Assembly: GCA_033977065.1 (NCBI GenBank)
Contig: JAXCHI010000004.1
Span: 256,001-320,000 of the forward strand
DNA: 64,000 bases
Reading direction: 5' to 3'
DNA from: Candidatus Algichlamydia australiensis
GTDB lineage: Bacteria; Chlamydiota; Chlamydiia; Chlamydiales; JAJFMI01
Both the position numbers and the translations under genes were made by a program. This document shows, one piece after another, positions 20,488 through 30,892 of the stretch (position 1 is its first letter; the number at the start of each line of letters is the position of its first letter). The notes below the pieces were generated by a model. That model ran no database searches, was not told the DNA's origin, and saw only the letters and a list, made by a program, of their open reading frames with translations.

Positions 20488-21519
20488 ATGGATAAAAAAG
20501 TAAAACACAACTTCCTAAAGTCTGATAAAAGCTCTTGGCTCAAGACGTTGGGCAAGGAAAAGCTGCACGCCATTTTAAATCAAATGATTTTGATTCGCCA
20601 GCTGGAAACACGAGCTGAAGCGGGCTACCAGCAGGGAAAAATTGGCGGATTTTTCCACGCTTACATGGGACAAGAGGCGATTCAAACAGCCGCTGTGAAT
20701 GTAATGGGAATTGAACAGTGGTGGATCACAACCTATCGCTGCCACGCTCTAGCGCTCTTGACGGGCGCCACTCCAAATGAAATCATGGCCGAGTTTTATG
20801 GTAAAGAGACTGGGAATGCGAAAGGCCGCGGTGGCTCGATGCACCTCTACACTGATACCCTTCTCGGTGGATTTGGAATTGTCGGAGGCCATCTACCGAT
20901 TGCCACCGGTGCCGCTTTTTCCATTAAGTACCAGAACCAGAAAGACAAAGTAGCCGTCTGCTTTATGGGAGATGGTGCTGTAGCGCAAGGCGCTGTCCAC
21001 GAATCGTTAAATTTAGCTTCACTTTGGGATCTGCCCTGTATCTACGTTATTGAAAATAACCTTTGGGGTATGGGAACCGCTGTTGACCGTGCGCTCGCTG
21101 CACAGCCCATCGCTGAACACCTAGCCAAGGCATATGACTTAGAGAGTATGACCCTTGATGGAATGGACCTCTTTAACTGCTATGAAGGTTTTTCTCAAGC
21201 CTTTGAAAAAGTGAAAAAAACCTCAAGGCCCATCATCATTGAAGCAGTCACGGAGCGTTTTCGCGGCCACTCAATCTCCGATCCTGGCCTCTATCGCTCA
21301 AAAGATGAGCTAGAGGCAGCTAAGCAGCGCGATCCGATCAACCGACTCTTTGAAGAGATGAAAGCAGCTGGTATGATTACAGATGAAGAGTTTGACAAGA
21401 TGAAAAAGGCAGCAACAGAGATTGTCAAAGAGTCGATGAAGTTTGCAGAAAGCAGTCCTGATCCCTCCCTTGCCAGCTTGGAAGAGGGTGTTTTTGCTCC
21501 GGAGGATAGCGATGGGTAA
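20488..21519 (+). CDS. pdhA: Pyruvate dehydrogenase E1 alpha
   Basis: GKIGGFFH, GRGGSMH, GDGA TPP motif, RFRGHSISD. Confidence 0.97.
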   Translation: MDKKVKHNFLKSDKSSWLKTLGKEKLHAILNQMILIRQLETRAEAGYQQGKIGGFFHAYMGQEAIQTAAVNVMGIEQWWITTYRCHALALLTGATPNEIMAEFYGKETGNAKGRGGSMHLYTDTLLGGFGIVGGHLPIATGAAFSIKYQNQKDKVAVCFMGDGAVAQGAVHESLNLASLWDLPCIYVIENNLWGMGTAVDRALAAQPIAEHLAKAYDLESMTLDGMDLFNCYEGFSQAFEKVKKTSRPIIIEAVTERFRGHSISDPGLYRSKDELEAAKQRDPINRLFEEMKAAGMITDEEFDKMKKAATEIVKESMKFAESSPDPSLASLEEGVFAPEDSDG

Positions 21520-22492
21520 GCAGACTGTTGAGTTGCGCGAAGCGCTGCGCCAAGCACTCGATGAAGAGATGACTCGCGATGATAAAGTCTTAATTATGGG
21601 CGAAGAGGTTGCGGAGTACAATGGCGCTTACAAAGTAACCAAAGGCATGCTCGATAAGTGGGGCGATAAGCGCGTCATTGATACCCCGATTTCAGAAAAT
21701 GGGTTTACAGGCCTCGCAATTGGTGCGGCGATGACAGGATTGCGACCTGTTGTCGAATTTATGAGCTTTAACTTCTCCTTTGTTGCTGCTGATCAGATCA
21801 TCTCCAATGCAATTAAAATGTACTACATGTCGGGAGGACGCTTCTCCGTACCGATTGTTTTTCGTGGTCCAAACGGGGCCGCTGCACAAGTCTCTTGCCA
21901 GCACTCACATTGCGTTGAGGCGCTTTACGGCAACCTTCCCGGCTTATATGTCGTCGCCCCAAGTAATCCTTACGATGCAAAAGGACTTTTAAAATCAGCG
22001 ATTCGCTGTAACAATCCCGTTCTCTTTTTGGAAAACGAGCTCGACTACGGCATGAAGGCAGAAATTCCGGAAGAGGAGTATCTCGTTCCTATCGGAAAAG
22101 CCAAAATTGTCAAAGAGGGGAGTGATCTTACCCTCATCTCCTACTCTCGTATGCTAGGCGTCTGCTTGCAAGCAGCTGAAGAGATGGAAAGGCGCGGAGT
22201 GAGCGTTGAAGTGATCGACTTGCGCACCGTTAAGCCCATCGACCTGCCAACAATTTTAGGCTCAGTGAAGAAAACCCACTTTTGCGTCCTTGTCGAAGAG
22301 GGCCATCTCTTTGCTGGTATCGCCGCAGAACTAGGATTTCAGATACAAGAGCACTGCTTTGACTATCTGGATGCTCCGCTCAAGCGCGTCTGCCAACGCG
22401 AAACACCCTTGCCCTACGCCAAAGGGCTTGAGGCAGAAACCATTCCAAACAAAGCGCGCATCGTGCAAGCCATAGAGGAGACACTCAACTAA
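21512..22492 (+). CDS. pdhB: Pyruvate dehydrogenase E1 beta
   Basis: GEEVAEYNGAYK, DTPISE, PIVFRGPNG; ATG 21512 follows a GGAGG RBS. Confidence 0.97.
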   Translation: MGKQTVELREALRQALDEEMTRDDKVLIMGEEVAEYNGAYKVTKGMLDKWGDKRVIDTPISENGFTGLAIGAAMTGLRPVVEFMSFNFSFVAADQIISNAIKMYYMSGGRFSVPIVFRGPNGAAAQVSCQHSHCVEALYGNLPGLYVVAPSNPYDAKGLLKSAIRCNNPVLFLENELDYGMKAEIPEEEYLVPIGKAKIVKEGSDLTLISYSRMLGVCLQAAEEMERRGVSVEVIDLRTVKPIDLPTILGSVKKTHFCVLVEEGHLFAGIAAELGFQIQEHCFDYLDAPLKRVCQRETPLPYAKGLEAETIPNKARIVQAIEETLN

Positions 22493-23781
22493 TGCCTTTT
22501 ACGCTTACCATGCCCAAACTCAGTCCCACAATGGAATCGGGGAACATCGTCAAATGGCACAAAAAAGAGGGAGATGCCGTCAAAGAGGGAGACCTCCTCT
22601 TCGAAGTAGCAACCGACAAAGCGACCGTGGAGCATAACGCGCTAGATGAGGGAGTTTTAAGAAAAATCCTTGTCCAAGAAGGATCTGAGGCAACTGTCAA
22701 TCAAGCTGTTGCTATTTTTACAGAAAGCGCTGATGAATCGATCGAAGGATATGAGCCTGAAGGTTCTGCACCAACTGCAAAATCTACCGTAGCTGAAGAA
22801 AAACCTGCTGAAGGAGCAGCTGAAGCAGCAAAACCGACAGTGGCAGATGGTCTTGCACAGCCCGCCTTTGTCCCTGAAGCGCCACCTGAAAATTACCGGT
22901 TCGCCTTCCCTACAGGTCGCGCTGGTGAACGCATCGCTGCTTCACCGCTTGCGCGCAAAATCGCTGAGGAAGAGGGCATCGATCTCACCAGTATCAAAGG
23001 CAGCGGACCAAACGGACGTATTATGAGCCGCGATCTCAAAAATGCGCCACGTGGCACCGCCCAATTTGGTACCACAGCTCTGCCGACAAAACCTGCAGGC
23101 AGCTACGTAGAAGAGCCGCTAACGCCCATGCGCAAAGCGATTGGCTCACGCCTCCAAGCCTCCAAAACTTTCATCCCGCACTTCTACCTGCAAGTAGAAG
23201 TGGATGCGACAAACATGATGCAAATTCGCGAGCAACTTAAAGCTGGCGGTATCAAAGTAACCTTTAACGATTTTATCGTCCGCGCCTGCGCAATTGCTCT
23301 TAAAGAGCATCCCGTGATCAATTCTGGATTTAACTCCGAAACGCAATCGATCATTCGCTTTCAAACCATCGACCTTGCCATCGCTGTCACAATTGATGAA
23401 GGCTTGATCACCCCCATCGTTCGCCATGCTGATCATAAAAACATTAGCCAGCTTTCGCAAGAAGTGCGTGAGCTTGCCACCCGTGCCAAACAGGGAAAAC
23501 TTGCTCCTGAGGAGTATCGCGGAGGCTCATTTACCATCTCCAACCTTGGCATGTTTGGTATCCACGACTTTCAAGCCGTGATCAATCCTCCGCAAGCGGC
23601 AATTCTTGCTGTCGGCGGAATCCTCGATAAGCCTGTCGTAAAAAATAACGCCGTTGTCCCAGGAAAAGTACTACCACTTTCCCTCTCTGCAGATCACCGC
23701 GTTATAGACGGATCTGACAGCGCCCGTTTTATGAAACGCCTGAAAGAAATTCTCGAAAATCCCTCTCTGTTGCTAATCTAA
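22492..23781 (+). CDS. pdhC: Pyruvate dehydrogenase E2 dihydrolipoamide acetyltransferase
   Basis: Lipoyl domain (TDKA), E3-binding domain (ASPLARK...GSGPNGRI), DHRVIDG. Confidence 0.97.
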   Translation: MPFTLTMPKLSPTMESGNIVKWHKKEGDAVKEGDLLFEVATDKATVEHNALDEGVLRKILVQEGSEATVNQAVAIFTESADESIEGYEPEGSAPTAKSTVAEEKPAEGAAEAAKPTVADGLAQPAFVPEAPPENYRFAFPTGRAGERIAASPLARKIAEEEGIDLTSIKGSGPNGRIMSRDLKNAPRGTAQFGTTALPTKPAGSYVEEPLTPMRKAIGSRLQASKTFIPHFYLQVEVDATNMMQIREQLKAGGIKVTFNDFIVRACAIALKEHPVINSGFNSETQSIIRFQTIDLAIAVTIDEGLITPIVRHADHKNISQLSQEVRELATRAKQGKLAPEEYRGGSFTISNLGMFGIHDFQAVINPPQAAILAVGGILDKPVVKNNAVVPGKVLPLSLSADHRVIDGSDSARFMKRLKEILENPSLLLI

Positions 23782-23921
23782 GTAGCGTTTACTCTTTTTA
23801 AATTATTGATTAAGAGTTTGCAAAATTTAGAACATTTGATAAGCTGCATCTTATAAAAAACAAAGAACATGTCTAACTAAACGTTTTAGTAAGATGGTTC
23901 AAAACAAAAGAGGTTCTTTTA

Positions 23922-25781
23922 ATGAATAATTTTCAAGCAGCTCCAAGTGGACTTAGTCTTGGTTCTATAACAGCAAATGCAGGAATGTTTTTTGCATCAA
24001 AAGCTAAAGCAGGTAAAACACCAGCACCAGCAATTCCAGCGGTACCAGCGGTGGCTAGAGAGGTAATAGACTCAGCATCAAAAGCAGCAACATCCCCAAT
24101 TAGTGGAGCTACTTCTGTCTCTGACTTAGTTAAAGACAACAGTATATACGCAGTTGTAGTGCTCGTAGCCGTTGTAACAGTCGGTATTTTTGTGATTGTA
24201 AAAAATAGTAAAAAATCTAAAAATTTGGAAAATCAATTAGCAGCAGAAAAAAATGCAAAAGAAGCTGCAAAAAAACTAGCGAAAGATTTGCAAGCTCAGC
24301 TAGATCAAGCAAGTGAGACGAAAAGAGCTACAGAAGACCAAACAGCAGCGCAAGAGCCAGCGAAAGAAGTTGAAGGCTTGGAAACAAAGCTAGCAGAAGC
24401 AAAAGCAAAAGCAGACAAAGTTGAAGGCTTGGAAACAAAGCTAGCAGAAGCAAAAGCAAAAGCAGACAAAGTTGAAGGCTTGGAAACAGAGCTAGCAGAA
24501 GCAAAAGCAAAAGCAGACAAAGTTGAAGGCTTGGAAACAAAGCTAGCAGAAGCAAAAGCAAAAGCAGACAAAGTTGAAGGCTTGGAAACAGAGCTAGCAG
24601 AAGCAAAAGCAAAAGCAGACAAAGTTGAAGGCTTGGAAACAAAGCTAGCAGAAGCAAAAGCAAAAGCAGACAAAGTTGAAGGCTTGGAAACAAAGCTAGC
24701 AGAAGCAAAAGCAAAAGCAGACAAAGTTGAAGGCTTGGAAACAGAGCTAGCAGAAGCAAAAGCAAAAGCAGACAAAGTTGAAGGCTTGGAAACAGAGCTA
24801 GCAGAAGCAAAAGCAAAAGCAGACAAAGTTGAAGGCTTGGAAACAGAGCTAGCAGAAGCAAAAGCAAAAGCAGACAAAGTTGAAGGCTTGGAAACAGAGC
24901 TAGCAGAAGCAAGAGCAAAAGCAGACAAAGTTGAAGGCTTGGAAACAGAGCTAGCAGAAGCAAAAGCAAAAGCAGACAAAGTTGAAGGCTTGGAAACAGA
25001 GCTAGCAGAAGCAAAAGCAAAAGCAGACAAAGTTGAAGGCTTGGAAACAGAGCTAGCAGAAGCAAAAGCAAAAGCAGACAAAGTTGAAGGCTTGGAAACA
25101 GAGCTAGCAGAAGCAAGAGCAAAAGCAGACAAAGTTGAAGGACTGAAAACACAGCTGGCAGCAGCACAAGAAAAGCTAGCAGAAATAACTGAAGAGACAG
25201 AAAAAAAATCAGCTCTGGCCGAAAAAAGCTCTAAAGCAATGGGCCAACTATCAGACAGATCAAAAGAAAAAGAGCAAAAACTTCTAGAAAAAATTGCAAA
25301 TCTAGAACAACAAATAAAATTAAATGAAGCTGCATTAGCGACTGCAAAAGAGGTGTCTGCACAAGAAACAGATGAATTAAGAGCGGAGTTAGATAAAGCT
25401 ACAAAAATTTCTAGTGCAGTTATGGCTCATTCTGATGAAAAAGAAAAACATGGAAGATATGTTTTAAAAGCAGCAGGAGCTTATGGAAGAGAAAAAGAGA
25501 AAATTGATGCCTTAAAAGATGTTTCTGGAAAAAACCTTCTTCAAAGAGTTGAAAATGCACCAAAAGCTACATTAAGAGCAGCTATGGTGGAATGGGCAAA
25601 AGCGCATATGAATGCAGAAAATGCACGAAAAGAAGCTTTGCGTAATAAGAAGCCGCTACCCAAAAAAGCAGGTGATGTTAAAGAGCCGCATATAAATGTA
25701 AGCGCAGTTACAGGGTTAGCAACACCAGGATCTAAGGAGAAACCTGCTAGCAGACTAAAGCAAGAAAAACCGGAAGAATAA
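23922..25781 (+). CDS. Membrane-anchored coiled-coil tandem-repeat protein (putative effector or surface protein)
   Basis: Ser/Ala-rich N-terminus, one TM segment (IYAVVVLVAVVTVGIFVIV), then 15 x 17-aa repeats; GAGG RBS. Confidence 0.75.
   Translation: MNNFQAAPSGLSLGSITANAGMFFASKAKAGKTPAPAIPAVPAVAREVIDSASKAATSPISGATSVSDLVKDNSIYAVVVLVAVVTVGIFVIVKNSKKSKNLENQLAAEKNAKEAAKKLAKDLQAQLDQASETKRATEDQTAAQEPAKEVEGLETKLAEAKAKADKVEGLETKLAEAKAKADKVEGLETELAEAKAKADKVEGLETKLAEAKAKADKVEGLETELAEAKAKADKVEGLETKLAEAKAKADKVEGLETKLAEAKAKADKVEGLETELAEAKAKADKVEGLETELAEAKAKADKVEGLETELAEAKAKADKVEGLETELAEARAKADKVEGLETELAEAKAKADKVEGLETELAEAKAKADKVEGLETELAEAKAKADKVEGLETELAEARAKADKVEGLKTQLAAAQEKLAEITEETEKKSALAEKSSKAMGQLSDRSKEKEQKLLEKIANLEQQIKLNEAALATAKEVSAQETDELRAELDKATKISSAVMAHSDEKEKHGRYVLKAAGAYGREKEKIDALKDVSGKNLLQRVENAPKATLRAAMVEWAKAHMNAENARKEALRNKKPLPKKAGDVKEPHINVSAVTGLATPGSKEKPASRLKQEKPEE
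24369..25150 (+). repeat. Tandem repeat: 15 full copies plus a partial copy of a 51-bp unit (VEGLET[K/E]LAEA[K/R]AKADK)
   Basis: First unit at 24369 and 16th at 25134 (765 = 15 x 51); the full units differ at only two nucleotide positions. Confidence 0.97.
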
Positions 25782-25790
25782 AAATAAGCC

Positions 25791-25820
25791 AAGGGGCCTT
25801 GAGAAAGGCCTCTTTTTTTT
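25791..25820 (+). terminator. Rho-independent terminator
   Basis: AAGGGGCCTT-GAGA-AAGGCCTCTT followed by a T-run, between convergent genes. Confidence 0.8.
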
Positions 25821-25871
25821 GCTTATTTGAGTTAATCTTTTTTTAAATTTAGGAATTTTTCAGGTAGGCTT

Positions 25872-26813
25872 TTAGAGCCACTTTTTGCGCTGGAAGAGAA
25901 TGAGAGCTACAAAAGAGCAGAGCACCGTAAAGAGCATGATGCCGGAGAAGGCAAAGGGGTTTTTCTCGAAAGGAAGAGCTACGTTCATGCCGTAGAGCGA
26001 GGAGACCATTGTTGGGATAGAGAGGATGATGGTTAAGGAGGTGAGGAGTTTGATTGTTTTGTTTAACTGGTTTGTGAAGATAATTTGGAAGGAGTCACGA
26101 AGACCTCGGATAGTGCGCAGGTTGATGGTGCAGAGGTCCTCAGATTGGATACTGGCGTTGAGGAGATCTTCGAGAAGGTCTTGGTCTTTTTCATAGAGAA
26201 GGGTATAGCGGCCAGAGGTAATAGATTCGAAGACGTTACGAAGGGGTACCAGGGAGGAGAGGTATTGGCTGAGGTTCTCTTCGTTAATGGTGAGGGCAGT
26301 GATGTCTTCGCTTTCAACACGGCTGAGCTCTTTCTCTTTCTTCAGAACGTTTGCACGGATTTTTTTAATTTGTAAGGTAAATTCTTGGGTGACTTTGAGG
26401 AGGATGTAGAGGAGAAATTTGGATTTTTGGGTGGTGAAGAGGCGTGTTTTTTGGGAGAGAAGGTTTTTCACCAGGTGGCTTTTTTGTGGGCAGATGGTAA
26501 TGAAGTATTTTGGTGTGAGAAGGATACCGAGGGTGGTCGTGTAGAGGCCCATCTCTTGATTTGTGGGGTGGCGTGTGAAGATGAGGACGTTTTTTTCGTC
26601 TAAGCGCTCCACACGGGGCAATTCATGTTTATCGAGGCAGTCGTGTAGGTCTGTATATTCGTTCTCAGTTAGTTTAGCTATTTCATTAAGGTCGGATGGA
26701 GTCGCTTCATCGATGTGGATCCAGCACCCCTCTTCAGGAGTATCAATTTCTCGGAAATCCTCGTCATCGTTATTTTTTATGTAGCACTTCATGTTACGAT
26801 TCAAGTTGCTCAA
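25872..26813 (-). CDS. corA: CorA family Mg2+ transporter
   Basis: C-terminal TM pair with YGMN signature; ends in KKWL. Confidence 0.9.
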   Translation of the reverse strand: MSNLNRNMKCYIKNNDDEDFREIDTPEEGCWIHIDEATPSDLNEIAKLTENEYTDLHDCLDKHELPRVERLDEKNVLIFTRHPTNQEMGLYTTTLGILLTPKYFITICPQKSHLVKNLLSQKTRLFTTQKSKFLLYILLKVTQEFTLQIKKIRANVLKKEKELSRVESEDITALTINEENLSQYLSSLVPLRNVFESITSGRYTLLYEKDQDLLEDLLNASIQSEDLCTINLRTIRGLRDSFQIIFTNQLNKTIKLLTSLTIILSIPTMVSSLYGMNVALPFEKNPFAFSGIMLFTVLCSFVALILFQRKKWL

Positions 26814-27837
26814 TTCGGCTTTCTAACTCTTTAATCTTTTTTACATGTTTTTCGATATTGCGCAAGAGGACTTTTTGCTTATTGTATTTGTTTAAGTCGG
26901 TTACAGGGGAGCCGCGGTAGGCTCCCGGTTTTGTGAGTTTTTTACTGACGCCTGAGCGAGTGGCAATTTGTGCGCCGCTTGTGATCTCTACGTGGCCGGT
27001 AATGCCGCACTGCCCCCCAATAATGACGTGTCTGCCCGTTTTGGAGGAGCCTGCGATGCCTGTTTGTGCCACGATGAGGTTATCCTCTCCAATTTCTACG
27101 TTGTGACCAATTTGGACGAGGTTATCAATTTTTGCACCGCGTTTGATAATTGTAGCTTTAAAGCGCGCTCTATCGATGGTGGTATTGGCACCAATTTCAA
27201 CATCGTCTTCTAGGATAACGATGCCGAGTTGGTTGAGTTTTTGATGGTGGCCTTTTTCGTTTGGCAGGTAGCCATAGCCACAGGATCCGATTACAGAACC
27301 GGGCTGCAGGATGACGCGGTTGCCAATGAGTGTGCCTTCGCGGACGGTGACGTTGGCATGGATGTAGCACTCTTTGCCAACAGAAGCGCCTGGGCCAATG
27401 AAGGTGCCAGCAGAAATGGTGGTGCCGTCGCCAATTTTTGCATTTTGATCAACAACAACGTGGGGGCCAAGAGTGACGTCATTGCCAATTTGCGCGCTAT
27501 CGTGCACGACTGCTGTGGGGTGGATGCCCGTGAAGCCGCTTCTCTCTTGGTGTTCGCGCAAGAGGAGTTCTGCAATTGTTTGAAAAGTATGTGAGGGATC
27601 ATCTGAGATGAGGAAATTGCGATTCTCTTGGAGTTTTGTGTTGCGGTCGATACAGATGATTCCGGCGAGGGATTGAGGGAGAAGTTCTTGGTAGCGCGCG
27701 TTAGAGAGGAAGGAGACGTCGTGCGGCCCAGCAGATTCTAGACCGTCGACGTTTGTTACTTCATGTTGGGGATCTCCAACGAGCAGGGTTCCCGTGAGCT
27801 TCGAGAGCTCTTCTAAGGTGTATCCCTTTTTTTTCAC
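26794..27837 (-). CDS. lpxD: UDP-3-O-acylglucosamine N-acyltransferase
   Basis: Hexapeptide repeats, EIGANTTIDR, KIDNLVQIGHN. Confidence 0.97.
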   Translation of the reverse strand: MKKKGYTLEELSKLTGTLLVGDPQHEVTNVDGLESAGPHDVSFLSNARYQELLPQSLAGIICIDRNTKLQENRNFLISDDPSHTFQTIAELLLREHQERSGFTGIHPTAVVHDSAQIGNDVTLGPHVVVDQNAKIGDGTTISAGTFIGPGASVGKECYIHANVTVREGTLIGNRVILQPGSVIGSCGYGYLPNEKGHHQKLNQLGIVILEDDVEIGANTTIDRARFKATIIKRGAKIDNLVQIGHNVEIGEDNLIVAQTGIAGSSKTGRHVIIGGQCGITGHVEITSGAQIATRSGVSKKLTKPGAYRGSPVTDLNKYNKQKVLLRNIEKHVKKIKELESRIEQLES

Positions 27838-28382
27838 TGAACGGATCCTTTTGGTCTGTTTAGTTCAAATTCTTTATCCATCTCAGCTACAACTTCGTTT
27901 GTAATATCAAGGTTGCTGGCACAGTAAAGGATGCTCTCTGTTGGGATGATGTAGTCAAGTTTGCGTACGCGTGCAATTTTTTCAGCTGCAATGCGCGCAT
28001 GTTCATGAACGTTTTGCATCATTTTCATTTGTGCCTGTTGGGCGACTTGCATGTACTGCTGCTGGTAGCGGCCATACTCTTCTTGCAGAGCCTGATATTG
28101 ACCTTTCATCTCTTCTGCTGCTGCTGGATTGAGGCCGTCCATATAGTCAGCATCTGTAAACTTCTCTTGCAACTCTTTTAGGCCTTTTTCACGATCTTGA
28201 ATCAGCTCGCGCATATTAGCTAGAATCTGATCCATTGCTTCTTGTTCGTGCTTCCCAACTTTGGATTGCATTTTGCAGTTTGTAAAATTGACAAAGCCCA
28301 CCTCTTTTGCAGTCTCTTCTGCTGGCAGGGTAGCCATTAGAGAGGTTGCTGCTAATAGTGTTGCAATTGTTTTTTTCATCAT
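27834..28382 (-). CDS. ompH: Skp/OmpH periplasmic chaperone
   Basis: Signal peptide, 'VGFVNF', coiled coil, 'DITNEVV'; lies between bamA and lpxD. Confidence 0.88.
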   Translation of the reverse strand: MMKKTIATLLAATSLMATLPAEETAKEVGFVNFTNCKMQSKVGKHEQEAMDQILANMRELIQDREKGLKELQEKFTDADYMDGLNPAAAEEMKGQYQALQEEYGRYQQQYMQVAQQAQMKMMQNVHEHARIAAEKIARVRKLDYIIPTESILYCASNLDITNEVVAEMDKEFELNRPKGSVQ

Positions 28383-28392
28383 AAGTCTCCTG

Positions 28393-30840
28393 TTAAAATT
28401 GTCCTCCCATCGCAAAGAAGAAGCGTCGCGCATCTTGCTTTCGATCAAATTTGGGTTCTCCGTTATCTTTAAAGCCCTTAAGTCTTGGCGTTGGGTTGAT
28501 GGGGAAACCTAAACCGACTGTGAGAGGAAGCCTTTGACCAACGTTGAGGCGCAAACCAAAACCATAAGCCATATTGAGATCACCGATGTTAAAAGCCCTA
28601 TTGGAAATTGAACCTGCATCGTAGAAAGTAAAGACGTCTGCCATGGGGAGAATTTGTTGGTTATATTCAAAAGAGAGAAGGAAGGAGCTAATGCCCCCAG
28701 TTGGATCGTCTGTATCCGTTCCATCCGCTTTCTTAAAGTGGGGACCTAAAACAAAGGGTTTGTAACCGCGAACGGTGTTTTCACCACCCAAGAAGAAGAG
28801 TTCACTAAGAGGGATATCTTCTGCTCTGCCGCCTCCAAATGGGTAGAGGAAGAGTGCATCGCAACGGAACTTAAAGGTTCCGAGGCGCCAAACAGGGTAG
28901 TAGTAGCTGTTTAAGTAGGTCAGCTTAGCAATGGGAAAGTCTTGTGGGCCAGATTCACGTCCTGAGCGACGGTGCTCCCAAAGAAGTTCTGCTTCTCCAC
29001 CAGCGCGCAATCCTCGATGAGGCTTGAAAGGATTATCAATGGAGTTAAAGTTTAGCGAGAGGCCAAATCCTGTCACAATCCCGCTATTTTGCTCCTGGTT
29101 TTGTGCTTTTGGACCAGCACTCTTATCGACATCGATGTCACTCCAGCGCAGGCGATACTTCGATCCAAAGGTCCAGAAGTTTGTAATTGGGTAACTGGCG
29201 TAGAGATCGGTACCGAATGTGTCGATGTGGTAGTCGCTTGAGGTTAGCTCTGAGTGTGAATAGTTGAAATCAAATCCCACACGCCACGGAGTGTCATTAA
29301 AGTAGGGATCCAACCAGGAGATGACATAGTTGCTCTGCTTTTTACCAAAGCTGATGCGCATATGAGCAAACTCTCCATTTCCACGGACGGCTTTTAGTCC
29401 CTCTTTATGAATGCGACCAAGGCCTGCAATATTAAAATTGTTTTCAGTTAGATCAAGTCCACCGAAGATACTATCAGTGCTACTAAAACCTGCAAAGAGA
29501 CTGGCGCTTCCTGTTGTGGTCTCTTCAACTTCAATGTTGACGTCGCGGTAGTTGGGGCCTAATGCTTGGTCTTCTGGCGAGCGAACGGCGTAGACATTGA
29601 CACATTTGAAAAAGCCAACAGCTTCCAAGCGGCGTTTTGTTGCTTCCAGTTTGCGGCTATCAAAAATAGCGCCAGGATCAAGCAGCGATTCGCGCAAAAT
29701 GACGTTGGACCCCGTTGCAGTATTTCCTAAAACGCGAACTAAGCCGACGTGATACTGCTCCCCCTCCTCAACTGTGAAGTGGACATCGTACTTTGGCTCA
29801 AACGCAGAGAGCTGCATGGTGTATTGGATATTGGCTTCGATGTACCCCTTAGATCCATATAAATTTTTCAATGCCTGTACGCTCTCTCGTACATTGTTCG
29901 GGGAGTAATCATCACCCGATTTAATAAGAAGAGCTTTTTCAATCTCCTCATCACTAAAGAGCTCATTTCCTTTGAATGAGACATCTCCAAAATGGTAGAG
30001 CTCGCCTTTGCTTGCAGCGATTGTAATGATGAGACGATGAGTCTCAGGGTCTTCAGAGGTCTGAATGTCAATGTTCGCATCGGCGTACCCCTGATTTTGG
30101 AGGTAGTCGATGATCATCAAACGGTCGTGATCGATATGGTCCTGGTTGTAGATGCCCTGCTGGGTCAAAAAACTGGTGAAGAGATTGTATTTTTTAGTTG
30201 CAATCATCTTGAGGATGTCGCTCTCTTCTTTCTTTGTTAGGCCTTCAAATTGTACCTTGCTAATTCGCCCAGAGCGTCCCTCACAAACAATAATATTGAT
30301 GAGAACTTCATTGTTTTCCGGTTTTGGAAGGATAGTGTATTGCAGTTCTGCTTCAAAGTACCCTTTCTTTATGTAGAACTCTTTAATCTTGTTAAAGCCC
30401 TCATTAAAATCGGCTCGATTGAAAATTTGACCCGGTTTAATGGCGAGTTTTCTCTGCAATTTTTGTGTAGAGAAGCACTCATTTCCAAACCACTTAATAT
30501 TGCTAATGACAGGTTTTTGCCAGAGACGGATAGTAATAAAAAGTTCTCCACTGCAAACCTGAATTTGCGGGTCTACGCGATCAAAATCACGGCTGAGCGC
30601 TTTCAAATCTTGGTCGAAGGTAAGCTGTGAAAATGGATCGCCCTCTTTGGTGCGCATCGACGTCATCAAGGGAGTACAATCGTAGTAACCTGCAGGACCA
30701 AGTGTTTCAATTTCAATTTGGATGCGCGCGACTTTTTTCTGCTCGTATGACTCAACTGAAGGATACGGATTGTAGTCTGAAAATGCAGGAGCAGAAGTAA
30801 GCAAAATTGTGGAAACAAAGAGCGGTAAAGTTCTTTTCAT
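28393..30840 (-). CDS. bamA: Outer membrane protein assembly factor BamA
   Basis: POTRA domains, VRGY motif, C-terminal Phe. Confidence 0.96.
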   Translation of the reverse strand: MKRTLPLFVSTILLTSAPAFSDYNPYPSVESYEQKKVARIQIEIETLGPAGYYDCTPLMTSMRTKEGDPFSQLTFDQDLKALSRDFDRVDPQIQVCSGELFITIRLWQKPVISNIKWFGNECFSTQKLQRKLAIKPGQIFNRADFNEGFNKIKEFYIKKGYFEAELQYTILPKPENNEVLINIIVCEGRSGRISKVQFEGLTKKEESDILKMIATKKYNLFTSFLTQQGIYNQDHIDHDRLMIIDYLQNQGYADANIDIQTSEDPETHRLIITIAASKGELYHFGDVSFKGNELFSDEEIEKALLIKSGDDYSPNNVRESVQALKNLYGSKGYIEANIQYTMQLSAFEPKYDVHFTVEEGEQYHVGLVRVLGNTATGSNVILRESLLDPGAIFDSRKLEATKRRLEAVGFFKCVNVYAVRSPEDQALGPNYRDVNIEVEETTTGSASLFAGFSSTDSIFGGLDLTENNFNIAGLGRIHKEGLKAVRGNGEFAHMRISFGKKQSNYVISWLDPYFNDTPWRVGFDFNYSHSELTSSDYHIDTFGTDLYASYPITNFWTFGSKYRLRWSDIDVDKSAGPKAQNQEQNSGIVTGFGLSLNFNSIDNPFKPHRGLRAGGEAELLWEHRRSGRESGPQDFPIAKLTYLNSYYYPVWRLGTFKFRCDALFLYPFGGGRAEDIPLSELFFLGGENTVRGYKPFVLGPHFKKADGTDTDDPTGGISSFLLSFEYNQQILPMADVFTFYDAGSISNRAFNIGDLNMAYGFGLRLNVGQRLPLTVGLGFPINPTPRLKGFKDNGEPKFDRKQDARRFFFAMGGQF

Positions 30841-30892
30841 ATATCTGGTCCAAATAGTAGGTAAGTACTTGAGTATATGTGTTAAACTGTAT

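Noticed and set aside
24305..25167. Long minus-strand ORFs (275 and 279 aa), and the possibility that the repeat is a CRISPR array
   Set aside because: They are antisense shadows of the 51-bp coding repeat; there are no unique spacers and no cas genes.
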